Shown in pieces: positions 1-8,577 of a DNA stretch of 64,000 bases. Under the pieces are notes generated by a model. The model did not search any database and had not been told where the DNA came from. It was given only the letters and a program-made list of their open reading frames with translations. The translations under genes were made by a program, and so were the position numbers. The first letter of the stretch is position 1. Each line of letters starts with the position of its first letter. This DNA is from an uncultured Candidatus Saccharibacteria bacterium. GTDB taxonomy: Bacteria; Patescibacteriota; Minisyncoccia; Phycocordibacterales; UBA2100. The stretch spans positions 5,127 to 69,126 of the forward strand of contig CAZOZG010000002.1 of assembly GCA_964584225.1 (NCBI GenBank), read 5' to 3'.

Positions 1-1073
1 TCAAGTGCGTTGAGTTGCTGATTGAGCACCGCTTGGGAGACACCGGCGACCAAGACATACGGCGTCGTTGAGCTCGATGATGATCCAGATCCGGTGGTCG
101 GAGATGAGGATTGACCGCTGCCGCCGTTGCTATACGATCCGTTTGTTCCGGAAGTACCGGAGTTGTCTGTCGATCCCGTTCCGAACACGCGCGACGAGTC
201 AGGCGGATATTGATTTTGGGTCTGATCACTCTGAGGAGGGTACTCGGGAGGAAACGTGTATGACGTTGTCGCGATCGAGCCAACATCTGTTGTACCGTTA
301 GACCCGGGTACATAGGCAACAGGCAGGTTAGAAAGGTCGACGCCTTGCGGCGGAGCGTTGATGGCGAAAACCGTTGAAGTCGGAGAGTAGGGAATCACAA
401 ACGCTCTGACAACCGCACCGGATGTATTCGTCGAGTCAGCGGGTGCCGCAGGTAAAAAGCCACCAAAAAAAGAAAACACCGGACTCAGGTCCTGATCAAT
501 CACTCCGAAGATACCCATGACCGTACTAAAGAACCCTCCGTCACTCGCGGCAGCAACTTGCTCGTTGCGATTGGCCGATTGAGCGACAACGTTGTGATGC
601 GAGCCGACGAAGGAATAGGCCGACACCGCAAGCAAAAGCCCGACCATCCCTACGGAAATTCGATACACCCACGCAAGTTCGATTGGTCTCGCAACAATCA
701 ACGCACTGTGACCAAAATCGCTTGGTCGATAAAAGCCTGGTTCGGAGCTTAACGAAATTGCAAAAAACTCAACGTCAGGCCGAAGGTTGGAAGGCAAATT
801 TATTTCCTTCGGCACACCGATGTCCCAGCCGCGATACTCAAGTTTGCGCGATTCCGAAAGCGCCTGAGCTCGCTGCGCACGTGCAGAATCGTGATTAGCA
901 AGAAACGTATCAAAGGAGGCTCGCTCGATGTACCATTTTTTTCCAACTTGACGCGCAACAAGATTTCCTTGTTTGCAAAGTTTTATGATGTAATCACGAG
1001 AAAGATCCGACGTACTCGAGGCAACGCCGGCAGGTAGGTATTCCACGCCGTTAAAAAAAATTGATTCGTCCAT
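1..1073 (-). CDS. Partial membrane protein with an N-terminal excisionase-like HTH (HTH_17-like) domain, one TM helix and a Ser/Thr/Gly/Pro-rich extracytoplasmic region. The gene continues past the left edge. Paralog of 1455..2444.
   Basis: Manual minus-strand translation from ATG 1073..1071 gives MDESIFFNGVEYLPAGVASSTSDLSRDYIIKLCKQGNLVARQVGKKWYIERASF..., then the hydrophobic stretch MVGLLLAVSAYSFVG, then a low-complexity S/T/G/P tail that stays open to position 1. It is absent from the ORF track because there is no stop inside the window. Confidence 0.5.
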   Translation of the reverse strand, partial: MDESIFFNGVEYLPAGVASSTSDLSRDYIIKLCKQGNLVARQVGKKWYIERASFDTFLANHDSARAQRAQALSESRKLEYRGWDIGVPKEINLPSNLRPDVEFFAISLSSEPGFYRPSDFGHSALIVARPIELAWVYRISVGMVGLLLAVSAYSFVGSHHNVVAQSANRNEQVAAASDGGFFSTVMGIFGVIDQDLSPVFSFFGGFLPAAPADSTNTSGAVVRAFVIPYSPTSTVFAINAPPQGVDLSNLPVAYVPGSNGTTDVGSIATTSYTFPPEYPPQSDQTQNQYPPDSSRVFGTGSTDNSGTSGTNGSYSNGGSGQSSSPTTGSGSSSSSTTPYVLVAGVSQAVLNQQLNAL

Positions 1074-1454
1074 GTAATCCGTCGGGAGAGAATTGACCGT
1101 GTCCGGATTACCTATATTTTACTAGCTATTTTAGCTATGACGTTCGTTTTTTATTAAATACGTTGTGGATAGAGCAAGAATACAAAATTCCGAGTGTAGA
1201 GAAGGAATTTACATTAAGAAAAAAAATGAAATCAATGCAAAATATATCGGGTAATCGAGATCCGAAGATTATCTAATAAATAATAGATATCTCGGGCAGA
1301 TTGCGCCGAAAAAGATCAAATGGCGAGAGCAGATTCAGAATTCAACATCAAAACGATCCACTTTGGGTCTTTATTTTAGTACTTGGATCAAAATCTGCCT
1401 CAGCAATGCACTTCTCGGATACGCGAGAATCGTTTTTAAAGCAGATATCGGCAA

Positions 1455-2444
1455 TTATAGTGATCTGTAAAACGAGATTTCTGGTGACATTACCCTCTCT
1501 ACGGATGCCACAAAGTTCTCATACGGGCTCATTTGCCTGGCAGCAGGAGCACTAGTTGAAGCAGGCTGTACGTTGCTCGTAACGGCACGATGTAGCAACT
1601 TTAGCCCGGCGAAACCGACAAACAGCGCAACTAGTACTCCAAATAATATTGTGTGCAAATAGTTAAACGTAAATTTAACCGTGGCGACTTTCTTTTTTGC
1701 TTTTGTGGTCACCCGTTGTTCTTCGGCAGGAACCTCTACTGGGCGAGGGCGTGTTTCTATTGGACGCGTTTTCGTTCTAAGATCAAGTCTTTTTCTATCA
1801 TCATCCACATCCCAGGTTCGTGATCGGCGTATTTCCGCGTCGCGCAATTCATCAGACTGTGGTTTTGTTTCAGTAATATCTTTCTTTACATCTGGAATTA
1901 ATTCTTTTTTGTCCTCTACGTAGCGCAGTCGTGTAACTGACTGCGTCGTGGAATTCTCGTCTTGAGATAAGCTTGTCGTAATTTTTTTTGCAATACCAAC
2001 TGATTGCGCTTGCACCGCTGCCAGAAGTGCATCCTTTTCTTGCTTATGAGCGACGATTCGAGCGCGATCGACGTACCAGCGATTACCTACCTGCTGCGAG
2101 GGAATTGTGTTTGCGCGTGCAAGCTGACCCACGTAATCCGAATTATAGCCAGTAATCTCCGCTGCTTTTGCGGCCGAGACATATTCGGTACCGTCAAACG
2201 AAATGACGGACTCGGCGCTTTTGTCCGTCGCAGGTGGTGGTATTGTACGCGCACGAGATTCGGAATTTGTTTTATACGATTGAAGTGATTGCATCGATAC
2301 ATACCACAGTCCCCCAATGCGTTTTGCTTCTATAAATCCTCCCCTCGCCAGTTGGCCTATGTAATCTTGCGCGTACCCAGAAAGCTCCGCCGCCTTTTTT
2401 GAGAGGACGTACTCTTTACCCTCAAGAGTAACAGAGTCAGACAT
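1455..2444 (-). CDS. Membrane-tethered protein with two tandem excisionase-like HTH (HTH_17-like) repeats, a charged linker and a C-terminal TM helix.
   Basis: The repeats KEYVLSKKAAELSGYAQDYIGQLARGGFIEAKRIGGLWYV and TEYVSAAKAAEITGYNSDYVGQLARANTIPSQQVGNRWYV match the pattern of excisionase/MerR-type HTH domains. The C-terminal hydrophobic helix is ILFGVLVALFVGFAGL. Confidence 0.5.
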   Translation of the reverse strand: MSDSVTLEGKEYVLSKKAAELSGYAQDYIGQLARGGFIEAKRIGGLWYVSMQSLQSYKTNSESRARTIPPPATDKSAESVISFDGTEYVSAAKAAEITGYNSDYVGQLARANTIPSQQVGNRWYVDRARIVAHKQEKDALLAAVQAQSVGIAKKITTSLSQDENSTTQSVTRLRYVEDKKELIPDVKKDITETKPQSDELRDAEIRRSRTWDVDDDRKRLDLRTKTRPIETRPRPVEVPAEEQRVTTKAKKKVATVKFTFNYLHTILFGVLVALFVGFAGLKLLHRAVTSNVQPASTSAPAARQMSPYENFVASVERVMSPEISFYRSL

Positions 2445-2509
2445 GCCGAGAAGTATACGGCCGTGCCGAGATTCTGCAACCTCGGTAAGCGATACCGGTT
2501 TATATTCCG

Positions 2510-3946
2510 CTATTTCTCGCCTCGGATTCTTGCCTCGATTATTGAGCGGAGCATCGCCGGGTTTGCCGCACCCTTTGTAGCTTTCATTGCTTGACCAACA
2601 AGAAACTGAAGGGCGGCAACCTTACCCGATCGTAGATCAACGAGCACTTTTTCGTTTTGCTGAAAGACATTGTCTATGACATTTTCTAAAGCCTTTACGT
2701 CCTGCAGTTGAAGCAAACCTTTTTCGTTTGCAACCTTCTCAGGATTCTGGTCTCCTTCAACGCATACTAATAGTATGTCCTTCGCAGAGCGGGAAGAAAG
2801 CTTTCCTTCATCTATCATCCGAGTCAAAACCACAAAATTACGGGGCGATATGCCTATATCGGCTTTATATCCTGAATCTCGATTCTCGGCTTCTCGGATG
2901 ATACTCACTAAATCATTTGCAATGTAGTTTGAAGCTAGTTGAACCAACTTAGTGTTACCCTCAAGGAGCTGTAACACATTTTCCACGAACTTGGCAAGTA
3001 CGGGTTCGCGTACATACAGGTCCGCGTCTTCTTTTTTCACTCCACGCTTTGTGTAGCGATCTCTTCTTTGCCACGGCAACTCGGGCATTGAATTCTTCAA
3101 CGTAAGAAACTCGCCCACTTCCGAAAGTTTCAGGCTTGGCAAATCTGGATCCGGAAAATATCGATAATCGGCGCTCCCCTCTTTCGTACGTTGCGGGAAC
3201 GTCGCCTGTTTACCTTCGTCCCAGCCGCGAGTCTCTTGCATCACTTGTTCTCCTTTTTCCAATGCAGCGATCTGGCGTTTGATTTCGTATTCGACTGCGC
3301 GCTCCATTGCACGAAATGAATTGAGATTTTTTATTTCAACTTTCGTGCCAAGCTGCTCACCTTTGCTGACTGAGACATTCGCTTCTACACGCATTTCACC
3401 TTTTTCCATGTTTGCTTCTGACACATCCAACGTTCGCAGCAGCAATTGCAGCTCGCGCGCAAACGCTCCGGCCTCTTCGGACGAGTATACGACGGGCTCT
3501 GTCACGAGTTCCATCAAAGGCACGCCGGCACGATTGTAATCAACTGTCGTCGTGCCCGTCGCCTCGTCGTGGAGTGAACTGGCCGTATCTTCTTCAAGGT
3601 GAACGCGGGTGATCTGCACACCACGCAGCTCCCCCCCACTCACCAATGGGTACTCATACTGTGAAAGTTGGTAGCCTTTGGGAAGATCGGGATAAAAGTA
3701 GTTTTTGCGGTCGAATTCGGTGTAGTCAACAAGCTTTCCCCCAAGTGCAATCCCTACCCGTAGCACGCTTTTCACCGCTTCCCTGTTGATCACCGGCAAC
3801 GTCCCAGGATGCGCCATGCAGACGGGACAAATATTTACATTCGGTTTCGATTCATCGGGATCATTTTTGGAATCGCAAAACATTTTCGTCTGCGTCTTCA
3901 GTTCTGCATGTATTTCGAGCCCTATCGTGGGTACGTATTCGCTCAT
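2510..3946 (-). CDS. gatB: Asp-tRNA(Asn)/Glu-tRNA(Gln) amidotransferase subunit B.
   Basis: MSEYVPTIGLEIHAELKTQTKMFC...PNVNICPVCMAHPGTLPV is the canonical GatB N-terminus. The start is placed at the internal ATG (3946); the track ORF extends 33 codons further upstream. Stop codon is TAG. Confidence 0.9.
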   Translation of the reverse strand: MSEYVPTIGLEIHAELKTQTKMFCDSKNDPDESKPNVNICPVCMAHPGTLPVINREAVKSVLRVGIALGGKLVDYTEFDRKNYFYPDLPKGYQLSQYEYPLVSGGELRGVQITRVHLEEDTASSLHDEATGTTTVDYNRAGVPLMELVTEPVVYSSEEAGAFARELQLLLRTLDVSEANMEKGEMRVEANVSVSKGEQLGTKVEIKNLNSFRAMERAVEYEIKRQIAALEKGEQVMQETRGWDEGKQATFPQRTKEGSADYRYFPDPDLPSLKLSEVGEFLTLKNSMPELPWQRRDRYTKRGVKKEDADLYVREPVLAKFVENVLQLLEGNTKLVQLASNYIANDLVSIIREAENRDSGYKADIGISPRNFVVLTRMIDEGKLSSRSAKDILLVCVEGDQNPEKVANEKGLLQLQDVKALENVIDNVFQQNEKVLVDLRSGKVAALQFLVGQAMKATKGAANPAMLRSIIEARIRGEK

Positions 3947-4021
3947 TACACAGTACTGTAGCAATTCGCCCTCTTGCCAACAAGCGCTGGCCCTGCGTTT
4001 GCGACGCGCTAAAATAGACGC

Positions 4022-4939
4022 ATGCGAGATTTGTCGCGATTGCAATGCGCCTTACTGACCTTGAGTGCATTCGTATCGTTTGCGTGTATCCTCCCCGCCC
4101 CGACATGGGCGATCACCTGCGCGGCATCAGGCTTTACCGATATCGGCGGTGGCGTTTGTCGCGGATTTCTTACATCCGGCACTTCGTGGACGGTCCCAAC
4201 AGACTGGGACTCGTCCAACAACTATGTCGAGGTTATCGGTGGCGGTGGTAACGGTGGCGACTCCTCAGGATCTGCTCATGCGCAGGGCAGCGGTGGTGGA
4301 GGCGGGGGGTACTCAAAAACTTCAAATGTCAGCCTCACCACGGGGAATTCTGTAACGTATCAGGTCGGCGCTGCGACCGGCGATACTATTTTTAATGGTA
4401 CCGGCGCAACCTGCGATGGCTCGCAAACGTCCGAGGTATGCGCGAAAGGAGGAGGGACCGGGTTCGCATGGAATAACGGTGGCAGCATTGGAAGTTTCGG
4501 AGCCGGAGGGGCCGCCTCCGGCGGCGTCGGTACAACGAAACATTCGGGGGGAAACGGGGCCCTCGGAGTCGTTAATGGCAGCGGTGGTGGCGGAGGCGGA
4601 GCAGGCGGACTCAATGGTGACGGAAACGGCGGGTCGGGTGGCACCGGCGGTTCGGGTGATGCGGGTTCTGGCGGCGCAGCCGGAAGTGGGGCGGGTACGG
4701 AGTGGGATGGGTCGCACGGCTCAGGTGGTGGCGGCAACACAGTGATCGGCACATGTTTTAGTTCTCCTGGCGGCAACGGAGGAAACTACGGCGGTGGCGC
4801 AGCTGCTGGCACCTGTACCGCCGGAGGATCAGGAGCATCAGGCTTGATTGCGATCACGTACACGGCACTAGTACCTGCTCCTCGCATTATTCACCTCAAG
4901 GGCGGCCTGCGGCTTCGCGGCGGAGTGCGGTTTCGATAG
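4022..4939 (+). CDS. Secreted glycine-rich low-complexity protein.
   Basis: Signal-peptide-like N-terminus MRDLSRLQCALLTLSAFVSFACILPAPTWA, followed by long GGxGG/GSGG tracts. The Pro-rich antisense ORF 4360..4776 is a mirror artefact of the GGN codons. Confidence 0.45.
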   Translation: MRDLSRLQCALLTLSAFVSFACILPAPTWAITCAASGFTDIGGGVCRGFLTSGTSWTVPTDWDSSNNYVEVIGGGGNGGDSSGSAHAQGSGGGGGGYSKTSNVSLTTGNSVTYQVGAATGDTIFNGTGATCDGSQTSEVCAKGGGTGFAWNNGGSIGSFGAGGAASGGVGTTKHSGGNGALGVVNGSGGGGGGAGGLNGDGNGGSGGTGGSGDAGSGGAAGSGAGTEWDGSHGSGGGGNTVIGTCFSSPGGNGGNYGGGAAAGTCTAGGSGASGLIAITYTALVPAPRIIHLKGGLRLRGGVRFR

Positions 4940-4943
4940 CAAC

Positions 4944-5519
4944 ATGACACGATTTTTCGTCGCGCTCATCGTGATTACAGCGGCTATCGTGGGAGCCTTG
5001 CTTGTACTCCACCAACCTTCCACGCTCACATCTCTACGCTCAGTCAACGAAGCGTCGTCAACAGCGTCCACGACTGCAAGCTCGACGACGAACACCATGG
5101 CGGCAGAAAGAGCAGTCCCACCAGGTACTACCCTCTTCGAAAATGCCCAGTACCACTTTTCTCTTTTCTATCCGACAGAGCTTGCGGTCACGGAATATCC
5201 CGAGCAAGGAGGCGGACGCTCGTTCAGCTTCGAAAATAAAGACGAAAGTCAGGGATTTGAAATTTATGCGTTTCCCTACAGCGATACACAAATCACACAA
5301 AAACGCTTTCTGACGGACGAACCCTCAGGTGTGCGACAACAACCGAATGACGTTGTGATCGATGGCGTAAAAGCGACAATGTTCTTCGGAAATAATGCGA
5401 TTATGGGTGACACGCGTGAAGTGTGGTTCATCAAAAATGGATATCTGTACGAATTGACCACTTATAAATCACTCGATTCGTGGCTCGGCAGTATCATGCA
5501 GACCTGGAAGTTTATCTAA
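4944..5519 (+). CDS. Hypothetical membrane-anchored protein: N-terminal TM helix, Ser/Thr-rich linker, extracytoplasmic domain.
   Basis: N-terminal hydrophobic stretch FFVALIVITAAIVGALLVL, then the linker STASTTASSTTNT. It directly follows the Gly-rich gene on the plus strand, and both run against the local minus-strand polarity. Confidence 0.4.
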   Translation: MTRFFVALIVITAAIVGALLVLHQPSTLTSLRSVNEASSTASTTASSTTNTMAAERAVPPGTTLFENAQYHFSLFYPTELAVTEYPEQGGGRSFSFENKDESQGFEIYAFPYSDTQITQKRFLTDEPSGVRQQPNDVVIDGVKATMFFGNNAIMGDTREVWFIKNGYLYELTTYKSLDSWLGSIMQTWKFI

Positions 5520-5583
5520 CGACCTTCCGCACTTTCAACTCAGCGTGTATCTCGAGCCCTATAGTCGGAATGTATTCAGCCAT
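5512..5583 (-). pseudogene. Remnant 5' fragment of a gatB copy (23 codons then stop).
   Basis: Minus-strand reading gives ATG GCT GAA TAC ATT CCG ACT ATA GGG CTC GAG ATA CAC GCT GAG TTG AAA..., which translates to MAEYIPTIGLEIHAELKVRKVVR*. That is about 80% nucleotide identity to the true gatB start (MSEYVPTIGLEIHAELK) at 3895..3960, and the similarity extends about 15 nt upstream of the ATG. Confidence 0.5.
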
Positions 5584-5600
5584 CACACTACTGTATCACT

Positions 5601-5924
5601 TCAAAACACCCACGGCCAAATAAAGACAACGAAAGCCACGATCGGAAGTATTGAATAGAGTATTGTTTTACCTATGATAATCTTGTTGCCAACCTTAAAG
5701 GACTCAATTATCGACCAGAGAAGAGCCGCTGGTACTCCGAGCGCGACGATGAGAATTGTTGCGATGAGCGGGACCGCGAGAAAAAATCCCAAAGCTTCCG
5801 TTTGCATTTCAAATTGTTGGATCGCCTGGGAACTCGCCTCAGTATAACCTAATAGCGACCAGGCCAGTACATAGAGTCCAGCGATAGCGTTTACGCGATT
5901 TAAAATAGTGAGACCGCTAACCAT
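5601..5924 (-). CDS. Small polytopic membrane protein, hypothetical.
   Basis: 107 aa with three hydrophobic helices. Confidence 0.35.
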   Translation of the reverse strand: MVSGLTILNRVNAIAGLYVLAWSLLGYTEASSQAIQQFEMQTEALGFFLAVPLIATILIVALGVPAALLWSIIESFKVGNKIIIGKTILYSILPIVAFVVFIWPWVF

Positions 5925-5946
5925 CTCGCAATATTAGCACGCAAAG

Positions 5947-8451
5947 TTAGCCAGAAATCGATTCGTGGGTGACGATCCGCCACTCGCCTGTCGCGATCAT
6001 GGGCTCTGCTTTTTTGAATTTCATCTCGAGCGTTTCTTTGCCATTCGTAATCTTCACTTTGTCGTTGCGGCCAAACGCGCGAGACGTCACTCCACCTGAG
6101 CCCGCAGTGATCGCTTGCGCCGCTTTTTGAACAGCCGCAGCTTCACGTGGTGGCGAGCTTTGTCCGCCAATACCGGGCAGCACATGTTCGATCTGCATCG
6201 AATACGTGATTTCCATGTTTTTGAAGAGTCGCAGACCTTCTTTCTTGTATTCCACCAAGGGATCGCGCTGTCCGTAGGCGCGAAGATTGACTGAACTGCG
6301 CAAGTATTCCATCGCTTCCAGATGCTCGACCCACAGCATATCGACGGTCTGCAATAGGAAACGGCGAACGAGCGGATAGAATGACGCGCCAAGCTCTGAT
6401 TTTTTCTTCTCGACAGACACTTTGATGTTTTCGTTGGTCTCAGACAATTGTGCGAGTTCCTGATCGACAGCAGCATCACCACCCGTGAGAAGCGCGCGGC
6501 GGCGTCCGTAGACGCTTTTACGTTGCACGCTCAAGACGTCGTCATACGCCAAGACGTGCTTTCGGGAATCAAAGTTGAGCTCTTCGATCTTCTGCTGCGC
6601 CTTTTCGAGCGAGCGCGTGATCATCGAATTCGCGATCGGCTCGTCTTCAGGGATTTTGAATGTGCCCATCACTCGCTTAATCATGTCGGAAGCGAACACA
6701 CGCATAAGAGAATCTTCCAGTGAAACGTAGAATTGTGTCTCACCCGGGTCGCCCTGGCGGCCGGAGCGTCCACGGAGTTGGTTGTCGATACGTCGAGCTT
6801 CGTGCCGCTCGGTACCCAAGACAAAGAGCCCGCCGATATTTTTGATTTGCTCGTATGCGCTCTGCGGCGCGGGGTTGCCGCCAAGTTTGATGTCGACGCC
6901 ACGGCCGGCCATGTTGGTCGCGATCGTGACACCACCCGGTTTACCTGCTTGTGCAATGATTTCGCCTTCACGTTCGTGATTTTTCGCGTTCAAAATCTCG
7001 TGCGGAATCCCCTCTTGCTTGAAGTGAGCGCTCAGCATCTCGTTCTTTTCGACGGAGACGGTGCCTACCAAGACGGGCTGCCCTTTCTCGTGCAGCTTTT
7101 TCACTTTGTGAGCAATTGCTTTCATTTTGCCCGCTTCGGTTTGGAAAATCAGGTCGTCGGAATCTTTTCGCTGCGGAGAGATGTTGGTCGGTACGACGAC
7201 AGTATTGAGTCCGTAGACCTTGAAAAATTCTTCGGAGCTCGTGATGGCGGTACCAGTCATGCCGGCGAGCTTCGCATAGAGGCGGAAATAATTTTGGAAG
7301 GTAATTGATGCAAAAGTACGACTCTCTTGCTGAATGCGAACTCCTTCCTTGGCCTCAATTGCTTGGTGTAAACCCTCGCTCCACCGTCTCCCGGGTTGAA
7401 GTCGGCCGGTAAATTCATCGACAATGACAATCTCACCGTCTCGGACGACGTATTCTTTGTCGAGACGATACAGGGCTTGCGCGCGCACGGCCGTCTCGAG
7501 GTGGTGTACGTATTTGATGCCGGCGTCGGTGTAGATGTTGTCCAAACCAAGCGCTTTCTCAGCTTTTTCGATTCCTGCGTCAGAGAGCTGGATCTGCTTG
7601 TGCTTTTCATCAACCTCGTAATCTGTTTCTGGATTCAGTGTTTTCGCGATTGCGGCAAATCGATCGTAGAGCGATTCCGCGTCGGCGACTGGCGCCGATA
7701 TAATGAGGGGCGTGCGTGCTTCGTCGATCAAGATCGAGTCGATTTCGTCGACGATTGCGTAATGATACTCTCGCTGGCGGAGATTTTGTGGTTCATATTC
7801 CAAGTTGTCGCGCAAATAATCGAAACCGTATTCGTTGTTCGTACCGTATGTAATGTCTGCGGCATAGCTTTCGCGGCGCGTGCACGGCTTGAGGAAATCA
7901 TGCATGACCTTGAAGCCGCCGAGCTCTTCGCGTTCTTTCTCGTCGACTGCGTGCGTCGGGTCGTAGATATACGACGCTTCGTGATTAATGACGCCAACGC
8001 TCATCCCAAGCGCGTAGTAGATCTGCCCCATCCACACCGCGTCGCGGCGAGAGAGGTAGTCGTTGACCGTGACGACATGCACACCCTTTGCCATCAACGC
8101 GTTGAGGTACGCAGGGAGAGTCGCGACCAGTGTCTTACCTTCGCCAGTGCGCATCTCGGCAATGTCGCCATTATGAAGAATCATGCCGCCGATGAGCTGC
8201 ACATCGAAGTGTCGCTGCCCAAGCGTCCGACGCGATGCTTCGCGGACCGCTGCGAATGCCTCTGGGGCCAAATCATCTAAGGTCTCGCCCGCGGAGATTC
8301 GATTGCGAAATTTGTGTGTCAGTGCCTTCAGCTCATCGTCGGAAAGTGTCTTGAATTTCTCTTCAAGCGCATTCACTTTCGCGACAATTGGCTCCGCCTT
8401 CTTGAAGGCAGCTGTATTCTCATCACCAACCAATCGCTTCCAAAATGCCAT
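5947..8451 (-). CDS. secA: Preprotein translocase ATPase SecA. The C-terminal tail is non-canonical and lacks the Cys-rich zinc motif.
   Basis: MAFWKRLVGDENTAAFKKAEPIVAKVNALEE..., with DEAD motor motifs (GEGKTLVATLP, DEFTGR, TNMAGRGVDIKLGG). An AGGA Shine-Dalgarno-like sequence sits about 10 nt upstream. Stop codon is TAA. Confidence 0.93.
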   Translation of the reverse strand: MAFWKRLVGDENTAAFKKAEPIVAKVNALEEKFKTLSDDELKALTHKFRNRISAGETLDDLAPEAFAAVREASRRTLGQRHFDVQLIGGMILHNGDIAEMRTGEGKTLVATLPAYLNALMAKGVHVVTVNDYLSRRDAVWMGQIYYALGMSVGVINHEASYIYDPTHAVDEKEREELGGFKVMHDFLKPCTRRESYAADITYGTNNEYGFDYLRDNLEYEPQNLRQREYHYAIVDEIDSILIDEARTPLIISAPVADAESLYDRFAAIAKTLNPETDYEVDEKHKQIQLSDAGIEKAEKALGLDNIYTDAGIKYVHHLETAVRAQALYRLDKEYVVRDGEIVIVDEFTGRLQPGRRWSEGLHQAIEAKEGVRIQQESRTFASITFQNYFRLYAKLAGMTGTAITSSEEFFKVYGLNTVVVPTNISPQRKDSDDLIFQTEAGKMKAIAHKVKKLHEKGQPVLVGTVSVEKNEMLSAHFKQEGIPHEILNAKNHEREGEIIAQAGKPGGVTIATNMAGRGVDIKLGGNPAPQSAYEQIKNIGGLFVLGTERHEARRIDNQLRGRSGRQGDPGETQFYVSLEDSLMRVFASDMIKRVMGTFKIPEDEPIANSMITRSLEKAQQKIEELNFDSRKHVLAYDDVLSVQRKSVYGRRRALLTGGDAAVDQELAQLSETNENIKVSVEKKKSELGASFYPLVRRFLLQTVDMLWVEHLEAMEYLRSSVNLRAYGQRDPLVEYKKEGLRLFKNMEITYSMQIEHVLPGIGGQSSPPREAAAVQKAAQAITAGSGGVTSRAFGRNDKVKITNGKETLEMKFKKAEPMIATGEWRIVTHESISG

Positions 8452-8490
8452 TGTCGCACCATCCTACCGCAAAGCGAGCGTTTTAGCGAT

Positions 8491-8522
8491 ATTAAAAAAA
8501 TAATCCCGGCTCTCGCCGGGAT
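8491..8522 (-). terminator. Rho-independent terminator-like hairpin about 40 nt upstream of the secA start.
   Basis: On the plus strand, an 8-bp perfect stem ATCCCGGC (8503..8510), loop TCTC, and GCCGGGAT (8515..8522). On the minus strand the stem is followed by TATTTTTTTAATA (the complement of the A-tract at 8493..8499). Confidence 0.5.
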
Positions 8523-8535
8523 CATTTGCGATGCG

Positions 8536-8577
8536 CTAGCGGCGCTTCTTCTTGCCCTTCTTCTTTTTCTTTGCCAT
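8536..8577 (-). other. 13-codon Lys-rich micro-ORF (MAKKKKKGKKKRR*), a putative leader peptide that ends 14 nt before the terminator hairpin.
   Basis: ATG at 8577..8575, TAG at 8538..8536. The codons AAG AAA AAG AAG AAG GGC AAG AAG AAG sit between the 14-bp palindrome GTGATCGCGATCAC (8581..8594) and the terminator. There is no strong Shine-Dalgarno sequence, so translation is uncertain. Confidence 0.25.

Noticed and set aside
4360-4776. Pro-rich 138-aa minus-strand ORF.
   Set aside because: Mirror image of the GGN-codon glycine tracts of the plus-strand Gly-rich gene (GGN on one strand reads as NCC, Pro, on the other). Not independent coding.
7396-8280. 294-aa plus-strand ORF inside secA.
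   Set aside because: Antisense to the unambiguous SecA; shadow ORF.
5947-8451. Shared FKKAEP motif near both the N-terminus (AAFKKAEPIVAKV) and the C-terminus (MKFKKAEPMIATG) of SecA.
   Set aside because: Too short (6 aa) to infer an internal duplication or a functional repeat. Noted only as a curiosity.
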